Source: an uncultured Gemmatimonadaceae bacterium
GTDB lineage: Bacteria; Gemmatimonadota; Gemmatimonadetes; Gemmatimonadales; Gemmatimonadaceae
NCBI GenBank assembly: GCA_963843845.1
Contig: CAWJMB010000002.1
Coordinates: 160,001 to 224,000 of the forward strand
Direction: 5' to 3'
Length of the DNA stretch: 64,000 bases
This document shows positions 51,930 through 61,629 of the stretch, piece after piece. The first letter of the stretch is position 1, and each line of letters starts with the position of its first letter. The notes beneath the pieces are model-generated. The model was given only the letters and a program-made list of their open reading frames with translations. It made no database searches and had not been told where the DNA came from. The position numbers and the translations under genes are program-made.

Positions 51930-52369
51930 GTCTCTCTCCGTCCATTCGTTCCTCGCTCATCCTCGCGGCGACGCTCGCCGCCGGTGTGCTGCTCGGCGTC
52001 GTCGGCAGCGGCCGCCTCGCGCAGCGGCAGCGCGACCAGATGCGCGCGCTGCGGCGCCCGCCCGGCTTCGTGGCGCACATCGAGCGCGTCATCGCGCCGC
52101 GCGACGCGGGGCAGCGCGACGCCATCCGGCCGCTGCTCGAGGCGGCGGCGCGACGCAACGAGGCGATCGCGCGTGCGGCGAACGAGCAGCTGCGAACGGC
52201 GGCCGACTCGCTGCGAGGGCAGCTCGCGCCGCTCCTCGACGCGGAGCAGCAGGAGCGGCTGACGCGAGAGCTCGCGGGGGGACCGAGGCGGTTCGGGCCG
52301 GACGGCGGGAGGCGGCCGCCCTTCGGGGGAGCGAGAGGCGGGCCGCCGGGAGGGAGGCGGCCATTCTAG
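51926..52369 (+). CDS. Periplasmic helical protein (heavy-metal sensor/CpxP-like)
   Basis: N-terminal TM; LLDAEQQERL; third gene of the ECF cluster. Confidence 0.6.
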   Translation: MSLSPSIRSSLILAATLAAGVLLGVVGSGRLAQRQRDQMRALRRPPGFVAHIERVIAPRDAGQRDAIRPLLEAAARRNEAIARAANEQLRTAADSLRGQLAPLLDAEQQERLTRELAGGPRRFGPDGGRRPPFGGARGGPPGGRRPF

Positions 52370-52440
52370 CGCTTCGGCCGTGAGTCCCGCAGCTCGCCGG
52401 TGCGTCCCGCCGTTCTCCAGTCTCCCCGCTATTTTCAGTC

Positions 52441-53400
52441 GTGAGCACTCATCACGACCATCATCACGATCACGGCCACGGCCACGGCCACAGTCACGCC
52501 CCCGCCGACTTCGGCCGCGCGTTCGCGATCGGCACCGCGCTCAACGTCGCCTTCGTCGCCGTCGAAGCGGCCGTCGGCCTGCGCATCGACTCGGTCGCCC
52601 TCGTCGCCGACGCCGGCCACAACCTGAGCGACGTGTTGGGCCTCGTGCTCGCCTGGGGCGGCGCCGTGCTCGCCCGCCGCGTCGCGACGCCGCGCCGCAC
52701 GTACGGGCTGCGCAGCACGACCATCCTCGCAGCGCTCGCGAACGCCGTCTTTCTGCTCGTCGCGATCGGCGGCGTGGCGTGGGAGGCGGCGCATCGTTTC
52801 GCGAGTCCGGCGCCGGTCGAGGGAGGAGTCGTCGCCGCGGTCGCGTTCGTCGGCCTCGTCGTGAACGGCGCGACGGCGCTCCTCTTTCTCCGCGGACGCG
52901 ACCGCGACCTCAACATCCGCGGCGCCTACCTCCACATGGCCGCCGACGCCGCGGTCTCGGCCGGCGTCGTCGTGGCGGGGCTCGTCATCACCTTCACCGG
53001 GTGGCTGTGGATCGACCCGGCGCTCAGCCTCGTCATCGTCCTCGTCATCGCCGTCGGCACGTGGGGGCTGCTGCGCGACTCGCTCGACCTCGCGCTGCAC
53101 GCCGTGCCGTCGCGCATCGATCCCGACGCGGTCGGCGCCTACCTGCACACCCTTCCCGGCGTGACCGAGGTGCACGACCTCCACATCTGGGCGATGAGCA
53201 CGACCGACGTCGCGCTCACCGCGCACCTCGTGCGGCCGGCGCGCGACGACGACGACGACTTGCTGCTGGGCGCCGGCCGCGTGCTGCGCGACCGCTTCGG
53301 CATCTCGCACCCTACCCTTCAGATCGAGCGCGGGCACGGGCCGCACGGGTGCGGGATGGTGCCGTGCGCCGGAGCGGAGCGGGTCGCCGTCGCTGGATGA
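52441..53400 (+). CDS. Cation diffusion facilitator (CzcD/ZitB-like) metal exporter
   Basis: His-rich N-terminus; ADAGHNLSD, NIRGAYLHMAAD, VHDLHIW. Confidence 0.93.
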   Translation: MSTHHDHHHDHGHGHGHSHAPADFGRAFAIGTALNVAFVAVEAAVGLRIDSVALVADAGHNLSDVLGLVLAWGGAVLARRVATPRRTYGLRSTTILAALANAVFLLVAIGGVAWEAAHRFASPAPVEGGVVAAVAFVGLVVNGATALLFLRGRDRDLNIRGAYLHMAADAAVSAGVVVAGLVITFTGWLWIDPALSLVIVLVIAVGTWGLLRDSLDLALHAVPSRIDPDAVGAYLHTLPGVTEVHDLHIWAMSTTDVALTAHLVRPARDDDDDLLLGAGRVLRDRFGISHPTLQIERGHGPHGCGMVPCAGAERVAVAG

Positions 53401-53443
53401 GCGCGGGAAATCTCGTGGTCCCCCGATTCTCCGACCGAGCCAC

Positions 53444-54178
53444 ATGAGACGCATCGCGCTCGCCGTCGCACTGTCGGTCGCGTCCGCGCGACTCGCCGCG
53501 CAGTCGCCGGACGAGCTGCTCAGCGAGCGGCACCGCGCCGAAGACGCCCGCCTCAGAACCGACTGGGCCGGGCTCGCGCGGTACCGGGCCGAGAACGCCG
53601 CGCTCCCGGCGCCGGCGCCGAACGAGCGGCGCGTCGTGTTCTACGGCAACTCGATCACCGAAGGGTGGGCGCGGCTGTTCGCGGCGCAGTTCCCCGGCAG
53701 GCCGTACGTCGGCCGCGGCATCAGCGGGCAGACGACGCCGCAGCTGCTCGTGCGCTTCCGGCAGGACGTCGTCGCGCTGAAGCCGGCCGTCGTCGTCATC
53801 CTCGCCGGCACGAACGACGTCGCCGGCAACACCGGCCCGTCGACGCTCGCGATGATCGAGGACAACCTCGCGTCGATGACCGAGATCGCGCGGGCGAACG
53901 GCATCCGCGTCGTGCTCTGCTCGGTGCTCCCGGTGTTCGACTACCCGTGGCGCCGCGGGCTCGAGCCGGCGCCGACGATCGTCGCGCTCAATCGCTGGAT
54001 CCGCGACCATGCGGCGTCGCACGGCGCCGTCTACGTCGACTATCACGGCGCGATGGCCGACGCCCGGCAGGGGCTCCGCGCCGAGCTCTCGGGCGACGGC
54101 GTGCACCCCAACGAGGCCGGCTACCGCGTCATGGCGCCGCTCGTCGAGCGCGGCATCGCCGAGGCGCTGCGGCGCTGA
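53444..54178 (+). CDS. SGNH/GDSL hydrolase, secreted
   Basis: GNSIT, GISGQTT, GTND, DGVHPN blocks; signal peptide. Confidence 0.93.
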   Translation: MRRIALAVALSVASARLAAQSPDELLSERHRAEDARLRTDWAGLARYRAENAALPAPAPNERRVVFYGNSITEGWARLFAAQFPGRPYVGRGISGQTTPQLLVRFRQDVVALKPAVVVILAGTNDVAGNTGPSTLAMIEDNLASMTEIARANGIRVVLCSVLPVFDYPWRRGLEPAPTIVALNRWIRDHAASHGAVYVDYHGAMADARQGLRAELSGDGVHPNEAGYRVMAPLVERGIAEALRR

Positions 54179-54237
54179 CGCCGCCGGCGGTCGCCGCCGG
54201 CTGTCACAGGCGCCGCGCTCCTCCGTCTCTTCGGGGG

Positions 54238-55177
54238 ATGACGACCATCACCGCACCCGTCCCGGCCGACGTCGAGCGCCACCGCCCTCGCCTGTTCGGC
54301 ATCGCCTACCGCATGCTCGGCGACGTGCACGACGCCGAGGACCTCGTGCAGGAGACGTTGCTGCGCTGGCACGACCGGCGGCACGACCCGCGGCACGACC
54401 CGCGGCACGAGCTCGGACGTCGACTCTCCCGAGGCGTGGCTCGTCGCCGTCGTCACGCGGCTCGCGATCGACCGGCTGCGCCACGCGCAGGTCGAGCGGC
54501 GCGCGTACGTCGGCCCGTGGCTTCCCGAGCCGCTCGCGACCCCCGCGGCCGAACGCGGCGCCGAGCTCGCGTCCGACCTGTCGGTCGCGCTGCTCGTGCT
54601 GCTCGAGCGACTCGCCCCCGAGGAGCGCGCCGCGTTCCTGCTGCGCGACGTGTTCGACGCCGGCTACGACGAGATCGCCCGCGCCCTCGAGCGCAGCGAG
54701 CCCGCCGCGCGCCAGCTCGTGCACCGCGCCCGCGTCCGCGTGCGCGCCGACCGCCCGCGCTTCCCCGTTCCCGCCGACGCGCAGGCGCGGCTGCTCGACC
54801 GCTTCCTCGCCGCGCTCGCCGCGGACGACCAGGTCGCGCTGCTCGCGCTCTTCGACCCGGCGGCCACGCTGACCGCCGACGGCGGCGGGAAGACCTCGTC
54901 GGCGCGCCGCGTCGTCGCCGGGCGCGACCGCGTCGCCCGCTTCCTCCTCGGCTTCGAGCGCAAGGCGGCGGGGCGGATCGCGCACCGGCGCGCGTCGCTC
55001 AACGGGGCGCCGGCGCTGCTCTCCGACCTCGTGCTCCCCGGCCACCCGCCGACGCTGCTCTTCGCGACGACGTTCGCCACGACGGTCGTCGACGGCGCGC
55101 CGCACATCCGCGCCGTCTACCGCGTGCTCAACCCCGACAAGCTCCGCCGTCTGAGGGCCGTATGCGTCTCTTCGTGA
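54238..55177 (+). pseudogene. sigJ: SigJ/ECF41-type sigma factor with a frameshift near 54415
   Basis: LFGIAYRMLGDVHDAEDLVQE in one frame; SPEAWL..YVGPWLPEP..ADGGGK..LNPDKL in the +1 frame. Confidence 0.85.
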
Positions 55178-56088
55178 CCGGCGCCACCGGCGTCGTCGGG
55201 CGGCGCGCCGTGCCGCTGCTGCTCGCCGGCGGCCACGCCGTCACCGCGGTCGGGCGCACCGCGGAGAAGCGCGCCGCGCTCGCCCGCCAGGGCGCCGCCC
55301 CGGTCGACGCCTCCCTGTTCGACCGCGAGGCGCTGCGCCGTGCGATGGACGGGCACGACGCGGCGATCAACCTCGCGACGCACATCCCGCGGTCGACCGC
55401 GCGCATGCTGCTCCGCGGCGCGTGGCGCGAGAACGACCGCGTGCGGCGCGACGGCTCGGCCGCGCTCGTCGACGCGGCGCTCGCGGCGGGCGTGCGGCGC
55501 GTCGTCCAGGAGTCGTTCGCCCCGATCTACGCCGACGGCGGCGACCGCTGGCTCGACGAGTCCGCCCCGTCGCGCCCCACGCGCTACAACCGCTCCGTGC
55601 TCGACGCCGAGCGCTCGGCGGCGCGGGTCACCGACGCGGGGGGCGCCGGCGTCGTGCTGCGCTTCGGCGGCTTCTACGGCCCCGACGCGCACCACGTCGA
55701 CGACCTCGTGCGCGCCGTCCGCGCCGGCTGGTCCCCGCTCCCCGGCGCGCCCGACGCCTACGTCTCCTCGCTCTCGCACGACGACGCGGCGAGCGCCGTC
55801 GTCGCCGCGCTCGACCTTCCGGCCGGCGTCTACAACGTCGTCGACGACGAGCCGCTCACGCGCCGCGCCTACGCCGCCGCCGTCGCCGAGGCGTTCGGGC
55901 TCCGAGCGCCGCGCCCGGTGCCGCGCTGGGTCACCCCGCTCTTCGGATCGCTCGGCGAGCTGCTCTCGCGCTCGCTCCGCCTCAGCAACGCCCGCCTGCG
56001 CGCCGCGTCGCGCTGGGCGCCGCGGTGGCCGAGCGCGCGCGAGGGGTTCCGCGCCGTCGCTGCGGAGCGGGTGGGCGAGAGCTCGTAG
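55162..56088 (+). CDS. NAD-dependent epimerase/dehydratase
   Basis: MRLFVTGATGVVG, VVLRFGGFYGP, YNVVDDEP. Confidence 0.92.
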   Translation: MRLFVTGATGVVGRRAVPLLLAGGHAVTAVGRTAEKRAALARQGAAPVDASLFDREALRRAMDGHDAAINLATHIPRSTARMLLRGAWRENDRVRRDGSAALVDAALAAGVRRVVQESFAPIYADGGDRWLDESAPSRPTRYNRSVLDAERSAARVTDAGGAGVVLRFGGFYGPDAHHVDDLVRAVRAGWSPLPGAPDAYVSSLSHDDAASAVVAALDLPAGVYNVVDDEPLTRRAYAAAVAEAFGLRAPRPVPRWVTPLFGSLGELLSRSLRLSNARLRAASRWAPRWPSAREGFRAVAAERVGESS

Positions 56089-56098
56089 TGTTTGTTTG

Positions 56099-56185
56099 AC
56101 GGAAGGAACCGATGGAACGGAAGGAACCCGAAGTGGTCGACGAGCGTCCTCGCACAGCGCTTCGGTTCCTTCGGTTTCCCTTTTC
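56099..56185. repeat. Intergenic repeat/hairpin
   Basis: GGAAGGAACC twice, with complementary GGTTCCTTC downstream and a short T run. Confidence 0.5.
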
Positions 56186-56321
56186 AGGGGAGCGCGCTCA
56201 TCGGGTGCGCCTGGCCCGCCGCGATCCGGCGCCGCGCCGAAGGGCAGCGCGACGAGGATGGGCGGCACTGAGTCGCGGCGCGAGATTGTGCCGCATCGTC
56301 CGCACACACCCCGCCGCCGCC

Positions 56322-56882
56322 GTGACACCTCCGTCGAAGGTCCTCACCCCCGCCCCCGGCTACACGCCGCTCGTCGGCGCGCTCGTCGCGATGCTGACCT
56401 ACACCCGCGCGACGACGCTCGCCGCCGTCGACGGCCTCACGACCGAGCAGCTCGATCATCGGCACGACGCGGCCGCCAACCCGATCGGCGCGCTGCTCGC
56501 GCACGTCGCGGCGATCGAGTGGGCGTACCTGACCGCCACGCTCGACGTGGGCGACCCGGCGTCGGCGGCGGGCGCGGCGGCCGTCGCGACGGCCTCGGCG
56601 GAGTGGGCGACGTGGGGGCCGCTCATCCGCCTCGGCCCCGACGCGTGGACGGCGGCGCGTGGGGTGTCGCTCGACGAGCACGTCGCCCGGCTCGGCGAGA
56701 TCCGCGCGCGCACGCTCGACCGGCTGCGCGCCGTCGACGACGCCTGGCTCGAAGGCGAGGTCGCGCTGCCGTGGCTGCGCGGCGAGCCGGCGACGCGGCT
56801 GTGGATGTGGTATCACGTCATGGAGGACGAACTCAATCACCGCGGGCAGATGCGGTGGCTGCGCGGACGGCTCGCGACGTGA
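56322..56882 (+). CDS. DinB family protein
   Basis: NPIGALLAHVAAIE, WYHVMEDELNHRGQ; GTG start assumed. Confidence 0.85.
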   Translation: MTPPSKVLTPAPGYTPLVGALVAMLTYTRATTLAAVDGLTTEQLDHRHDAAANPIGALLAHVAAIEWAYLTATLDVGDPASAAGAAAVATASAEWATWGPLIRLGPDAWTAARGVSLDEHVARLGEIRARTLDRLRAVDDAWLEGEVALPWLRGEPATRLWMWYHVMEDELNHRGQMRWLRGRLAT

Positions 56883-57052
56883 GCCACGGCCACGCCCCGG
56901 CTCCCGCCAGGCACGCTCCGCACGCGTCCCGGCGGCGGACGGCGCGTCCCGCATCCGGACACCCGGGCGCCGCGTCGCAGATCGGAAGTCGTTGATCGGT
57001 AGACACTTACGCTGATGGGCGAGCGGCACGGCGCTTCCCTGGGAGAACGCCC

Positions 57053-58507
57053 ATGCCCGCCAGCGTCTCCCGCCCGCTCTCCGCGCTCTCCGCGCTCTCC
57101 GCGCTCTCCGCGCTCTCCGCCCTCGCGCTCGCCGCACTCGGCGGCGCGATCGGCGGCGCCTCCGTCCGCACCGGCGAGTCGCCGCCCCCGCCGTCAGTGC
57201 GTCCGCCGGGGCGTCCGCTGGCGCTGACGCACGTCACCCTGATCGACGGCACCGGCGCCCCGCCGCGCGCCGACATGACGGTCGTCGTGCGCGACCGGCG
57301 CGTCGCCGCCGTCTTTCCGAGCGGCACGACGCCGCTCCCGCCGGACGCCGAGGTGACGGACCTTCGCGGCACGTATCTCATTCCCGGCCTCATCGACGCC
57401 CACGTGCACCTCGGCACGCAGGCGCGCCCGCCGGCGGTGTCGCGGGGCGTGCTCCGCGCGGTCTTCCTCGATGGCGTGACGACGGTGCGCGACATGGGCG
57501 GCAGCGTCGCGATCGTGCCGCCGCTCGCGCGGTGGACGGCGCACGACTCCGCCGACGCGCCGCGCATCTTCCACTCGGCGATCGTCGCCGGGTCGGGGCG
57601 CTGGTTCGAGGGGGCGTTCGGGGCGCTCGCCGCCGCGGAAGGCGCCGTCGGCGCGTCGCCGCTCGCCCGGCGCGTGACGGCGTCGAGCGACGCGGGCGCG
57701 GTGATCCGCGACGCGAAGGCCGCCGGCGCCACCGGCATCAAGGTCTACGACGACGTCGCGCCGCCGCTCCTCCGCCGCCTCGTCGCCGAGGCGCACGCGC
57801 AGGGGCTCCGCGCCTGGAGCCACCTCGCCGTCGACCCGAGCCGCCCGAGCGACGTGCTCGCCGCCGGTGTGGACGTCGTGTCGCACGCCGACCAGTTCCG
57901 CGCCGAGCGCGGACCGACGCGCCCGAGCGGGGTGAGCGACTCCGCCTGGCGCGTGCAGCGACGCGCCATCAACGTCCGCGTGTCGCCGCAGGACAGCGAC
58001 ATGACGCGGCTGGTGCGGCAGATGCGCGAGCGCGGCACGATGCTCGACCCGACGCTGTTCGTCATGCTCTCCTTCGTTCCGCGGACCTCCGACGGCCGCG
58101 CCGAGGGCGGCGCCGCGTCGTTCGCGACGCTGCACTTCGCGGCCGCGATGACGCGCCGCGCCCACGCCGCCGGCGTCCCGATCGTCGCCGGCACCGACGG
58201 CATCGGCGGCTCGTCGGCGAACCTCCACGCCGAGCTGCAGCTGCTCGTCGACAGCGCCGGGCTGTCGCCGCTCGCCGCGCTGCGCGCCGCGACGCTGAAC
58301 GCCGCGACGGCGATCGGCGCCCAGGACTCGCTCGGCAGCGTCGCGACCGGGAAGCTGGCGGACTTCGTGCTGCTCACCGCGGACCCGTCGGCCGACGTCG
58401 CGAACACGCAGCGCGTCTACGCCGTCGTGAAGAGCGGGCGGCTCGTCGTGCGGACGACGCCGGTGCGGCTCGGGCCGTTCGCGCGGGAGCCGGTCGCGCG
58501 ACGATGA
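57053..58507 (+). CDS. Amidohydrolase family protein, secreted
   Basis: LIPGLIDAHVH, GVTTVRDMG, AGTDG, GKLADFVLL. Confidence 0.9.
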   Translation: MPASVSRPLSALSALSALSALSALALAALGGAIGGASVRTGESPPPPSVRPPGRPLALTHVTLIDGTGAPPRADMTVVVRDRRVAAVFPSGTTPLPPDAEVTDLRGTYLIPGLIDAHVHLGTQARPPAVSRGVLRAVFLDGVTTVRDMGGSVAIVPPLARWTAHDSADAPRIFHSAIVAGSGRWFEGAFGALAAAEGAVGASPLARRVTASSDAGAVIRDAKAAGATGIKVYDDVAPPLLRRLVAEAHAQGLRAWSHLAVDPSRPSDVLAAGVDVVSHADQFRAERGPTRPSGVSDSAWRVQRRAINVRVSPQDSDMTRLVRQMRERGTMLDPTLFVMLSFVPRTSDGRAEGGAASFATLHFAAAMTRRAHAAGVPIVAGTDGIGGSSANLHAELQLLVDSAGLSPLAALRAATLNAATAIGAQDSLGSVATGKLADFVLLTADPSADVANTQRVYAVVKSGRLVVRTTPVRLGPFAREPVARR

Positions 58508-59418
58508 TTCGCTCTCCGCTCCCAACGAGGCTCTCGATGCTCCGCCGCGCGCTCCGTCTCGCCCTCCACGCGTCGTTCGCCGTCGCCCTCGGTCGCGGCG
58601 CCGGCGCGCAGTCGATCCAGTACCGCTCGCCGGCCGGCGTCGTCTACCGCGCGCAGCCCGACACCGGCCCCGTCGCCCGGGCGCGCGCCGCGCTCGCCGA
58701 GTCGCCGCGCGACGTGGGGCGCGTGGTCGCGTTGGGCACCGCGCAGGCCGGCGCGCGGCAGATGCGCGAGGCGATCGCGACGTTCACGCGCGGCCTCGCC
58801 GCCGCTCCGCGCGACCCCTCGCCCGCCGCGGCGCGCGACCGCGCGACGCTCTACCGCTGGCGCGGGCACCGCCACCTCTCGGTGCGCGAGTTCGCCGCGG
58901 CGCAGGCCGACCTCGACCGCGCCCTCGCGCTCGACGGCACGAACTACGGCGCGCTCTACCACCTCGGCGTGCTGCGCTACGTGCGGGGCGACTTCGCCGG
59001 CGCGGCGGCGATGTTCCGGCGCGCGCAGCCCCGCGCCCCCGACGCCGGCGAGCTCGCCGGCGCGACCGACTGGCTGTGGATGTCGCTCGCGCGGGCCGGC
59101 CGCCGCGCCGCCGCCGACTCGATGCTCGCCGCGCGCCCCGACTCGCTCGCGACGGCGGTCGCCTACCGGCAGCGGCTCCGCCTCTACCGCGGCGAGATCG
59201 GGCCGGACGCCGTGTTCACGCCGGCCGACACGAGCGACGTGAACGTCGCGACGCTGAGCTACGGCGTCGGCAACTGGTTCCTGCTGCGCGGCGACCCGGC
59301 GACCGCGCGGCAGTGGTTCCGGCGCGCGGTGGCGTCGGGCGGGTGGCCGGCGTTCGGGTTCATGGCGAGCGAGGCGGAGCTGCGGCGACTCGGTGCGCGC
59401 GGCCGCGACGCTCGCTAG
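58504..59418 (+). CDS. TPR-repeat protein
   Basis: LYRWRGHRHLSVR, YHLGVLRYVRGDF; paralogous to 1060..2055. Confidence 0.78.
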   Translation: MIRSPLPTRLSMLRRALRLALHASFAVALGRGAGAQSIQYRSPAGVVYRAQPDTGPVARARAALAESPRDVGRVVALGTAQAGARQMREAIATFTRGLAAAPRDPSPAAARDRATLYRWRGHRHLSVREFAAAQADLDRALALDGTNYGALYHLGVLRYVRGDFAGAAAMFRRAQPRAPDAGELAGATDWLWMSLARAGRRAAADSMLAARPDSLATAVAYRQRLRLYRGEIGPDAVFTPADTSDVNVATLSYGVGNWFLLRGDPATARQWFRRAVASGGWPAFGFMASEAELRRLGARGRDAR

Positions 59419-59424
59419 CCGCGC

Positions 59425-59922
59425 TCACCGCGCCACCAGCCCGGAGAGCTGGTACGCGATCTCGTCGTCCGCGGCGTTCGCGATGTAGTCGATGACGACC
59501 GTCGTCGGGTAGCCGCGCGCCGGGTCGTACGTCGCCCGCAGGTCGGCCGCGCCGCGCGAGCGCGCCTGTTCGATCAGCGCGAACAGCCCGTCCACGGTTC
59601 GGTAGAGCCCGACGATCGGCGCCGACAGCGCGGCGCCGCGCGCGTCGACGGCGGCGACGATCGAGTCGCCGCGCACGAGCAGCGTCACGGGCTGCGGCGG
59701 GAGCGGACAGAAGCAGCTCACCGACTGCCGCAGCTCGTACGACGTCGGGCGCGTCGCGCGCCACCGCCGCTGCGCGTCGCGCAGGTCGCCGGCCGGGCCG
59801 CTCGCGTCGTCGCACGCCGAGAGCGTCGCGAGCGACGCGGCGAGCGTCGCGGCGAGCGCCGCGGCGGCGAGGGCGCGTCGAGAGCACGGAACCACGGGGG
59901 GCGCCTCCACGTAGGGGAACAC
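59425..59922 (-). CDS. Lipoprotein (DUF6174-like)
   Basis: LSAC lipobox; AQRRW..SY..SCFC, TVDGLF, YDPARGYP, ADDE; start uncertain. Confidence 0.75.
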   Translation of the reverse strand: MFPYVEAPPVVPCSRRALAAAALAATLAASLATLSACDDASGPAGDLRDAQRRWRATRPTSYELRQSVSCFCPLPPQPVTLLVRGDSIVAAVDARGAALSAPIVGLYRTVDGLFALIEQARSRGAADLRATYDPARGYPTTVVIDYIANAADDEIAYQLSGLVAR

Positions 59923-60049
59923 ACAGCGACACGAAGCGATACCCGGCGGCGCACCGACCGGTCACCGCGCGCTCCGTGCGCGCTCCCCGCGCATTCCCTT
60001 CGCCACGCGCGCGGGCCACATTGCGCCAGCACCCGACCCGGAGCCCCAC

Positions 60050-61102
60050 GTGCCCCTCGGCGAATTCTTTCGCAAGCAGTTCATCGACGTCATCCAGTGG
60101 ACCGAGAGCGGGCCCGGGCGTGCTCGACGATACCGCTATCCGATGCGCGGACATGGAGATCCAGAACGGCGCGTCAGCTCACCGTGCGCGAGTCGCAGAT
60201 GGCGCTGTTCGTGAACGAAGGGCGGACCGCCGACGTGTTCGGGCCGGGGCGCTACACGCTCACGACGCAGACGCTGCCGCTGCTGACGAACCTCATGAAC
60301 TGGGACAAGGCTGTTCGAGTCGCCGTTCAAGACGCGACGTCTACTTCTTCTCGACGCGCATGCAGACGGCGCAGCGGTGGGGAACGCAGCAGCCCGATCA
60401 CGATCCGCGACAAGGACTTCGGCGATGGTGCGGCTGCGCGCGTTCGGCATGTACAGCTTCCGCGTCGCGAACCCCGACGGTGTTTCATGACGACGCTGAG
60501 CGGCACGCGCGAGCGCTACACCGTCGCCGAGCTCGAGCCGCACCTGCGCAACCTCGCCGTCTCGCGCGTGTCCGAGGCGTTCGCGAGGAGCAGCGGTGCC
60601 CTTCCTCGACATGGCGGCGAACCAGGGCATGCTCGCCGACGCGATCGCCGCGGCGCTCACGCCCGCGTTCGCCGAGCTCGGGCTGCGACCTCGAGTCGTT
60701 CACCGTCGAGAACCTGTCGCTCCCCGACGAGCTGCAGAAGCGCCTCGACGAGCGCATCGGCGATGAACATGGTCGGCAACCTCGGCGACTACACGCGCTT
60801 CCAGGCGGCGCAGGCGATCCCGATCGCGGCGGCGAACGAAGGCGCCGGCGGCGTCGCCGGACTCGGCGCGGGGCTCGGCGCGGGGGCGATCATCGGCGCA
60901 GTCGATGGCGCAGGCGATGACGGGCGGCGCCGGCGCCGCCACCGGCGCGCCGAGCGCGCCGCCGCCGAACGTTCCGGCGGGCCTCCCGCTCAGCGACGCC
61001 GGCGCGGCGCCGAGCGGCGAGACGAAGTTCTGCATGCACTGCGGCAAGTCGATCGCGCGCTCGGCGAAGTTCTGCCCCGAGTGCGGCGGGAAGCAGGAGT
61101 GA
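60050..61102 (+). pseudogene. SPFH-domain protein with C-terminal zinc ribbon, multiple frameshifts
   Basis: FFRKQFIDVIQW, QLTVRESQMALFVNEG, FTVENLSLPDEL and KFCMHCG..KFCPECG spread over three frames. Confidence 0.85.
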
Positions 61103-61611
61103 CGTCAGGCACCGCCGCGTCAGGCACTGCCGGCGGCGTGGAGTGGGTCGTCGAGGCGTTCGGCTGCGATGCCGCGCGCCTCGCCGACGTCGAGACGCTG
61201 TCGGCGCTCGTCGACGATCTCGTCGCGACGCTCGCCCTGCGCCCGGTCGCGCCGGCGCAGTGGCACCAGTTCCCGTCGTTGGGCACTGCCGAGTCCGGAA
61301 TCCCGATCCCCGATCCCCGATCCCCGGCCCTTCCCGGCGGCATCACCGCCCTCGTGCTGCTCGCCGAGTCGCACCTCGCGCTGCACTCGTTTCCGGAACA
61401 CGCGTCGCTGTGCGTGAACCTGTTCTGCTGCGTGCCGCGCGCGGAGTGGGACTGGCGTGCCGGGCTCGCGCGTCACGTCGCGGCGGCGGACGTGCGCGTG
61501 CGGCGACTCGAGCGGCCGTACGCAGGCGCGCATGCAGGCGCGCATGCAGGCGCGTCCGCAGGCGCGTCCGCCGGCGCGCCGGCGCCGAACGGCGTGCTCG
61601 TCGGCGCGTGA
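61099..61611 (+). CDS. speD: S-adenosylmethionine decarboxylase proenzyme-like protein
   Basis: GGITALVLLAESHLALHSFPE with the ESH autocleavage motif; GTG start overlaps the upstream stop. Confidence 0.82.
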   Translation: MTSGTAASGTAGGVEWVVEAFGCDAARLADVETLSALVDDLVATLALRPVAPAQWHQFPSLGTAESGIPIPDPRSPALPGGITALVLLAESHLALHSFPEHASLCVNLFCCVPRAEWDWRAGLARHVAAADVRVRRLERPYAGAHAGAHAGASAGASAGAPAPNGVLVGA

Positions 61612-61629
61612 GGTGCGCGTGACGTCGCC

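Noticed and set aside
53665..56088. Apparent 807-aa sigma-epimerase fusion
   Set aside because: Joins the SigJ N-terminus to the epimerase through off-frame sequence; the epimerase has its own ATG at 55162
57076..57120. 9-bp repeat x5 (LSA) in the amidohydrolase leader
   Set aside because: In-frame expansion within a signal peptide; no frame-switching potential
60097..61611. Apparent SPFH-SpeD fusion (504 aa)
   Set aside because: Product of frameshifts; the SPFH gene ends at 61102 and SpeD starts at 61099
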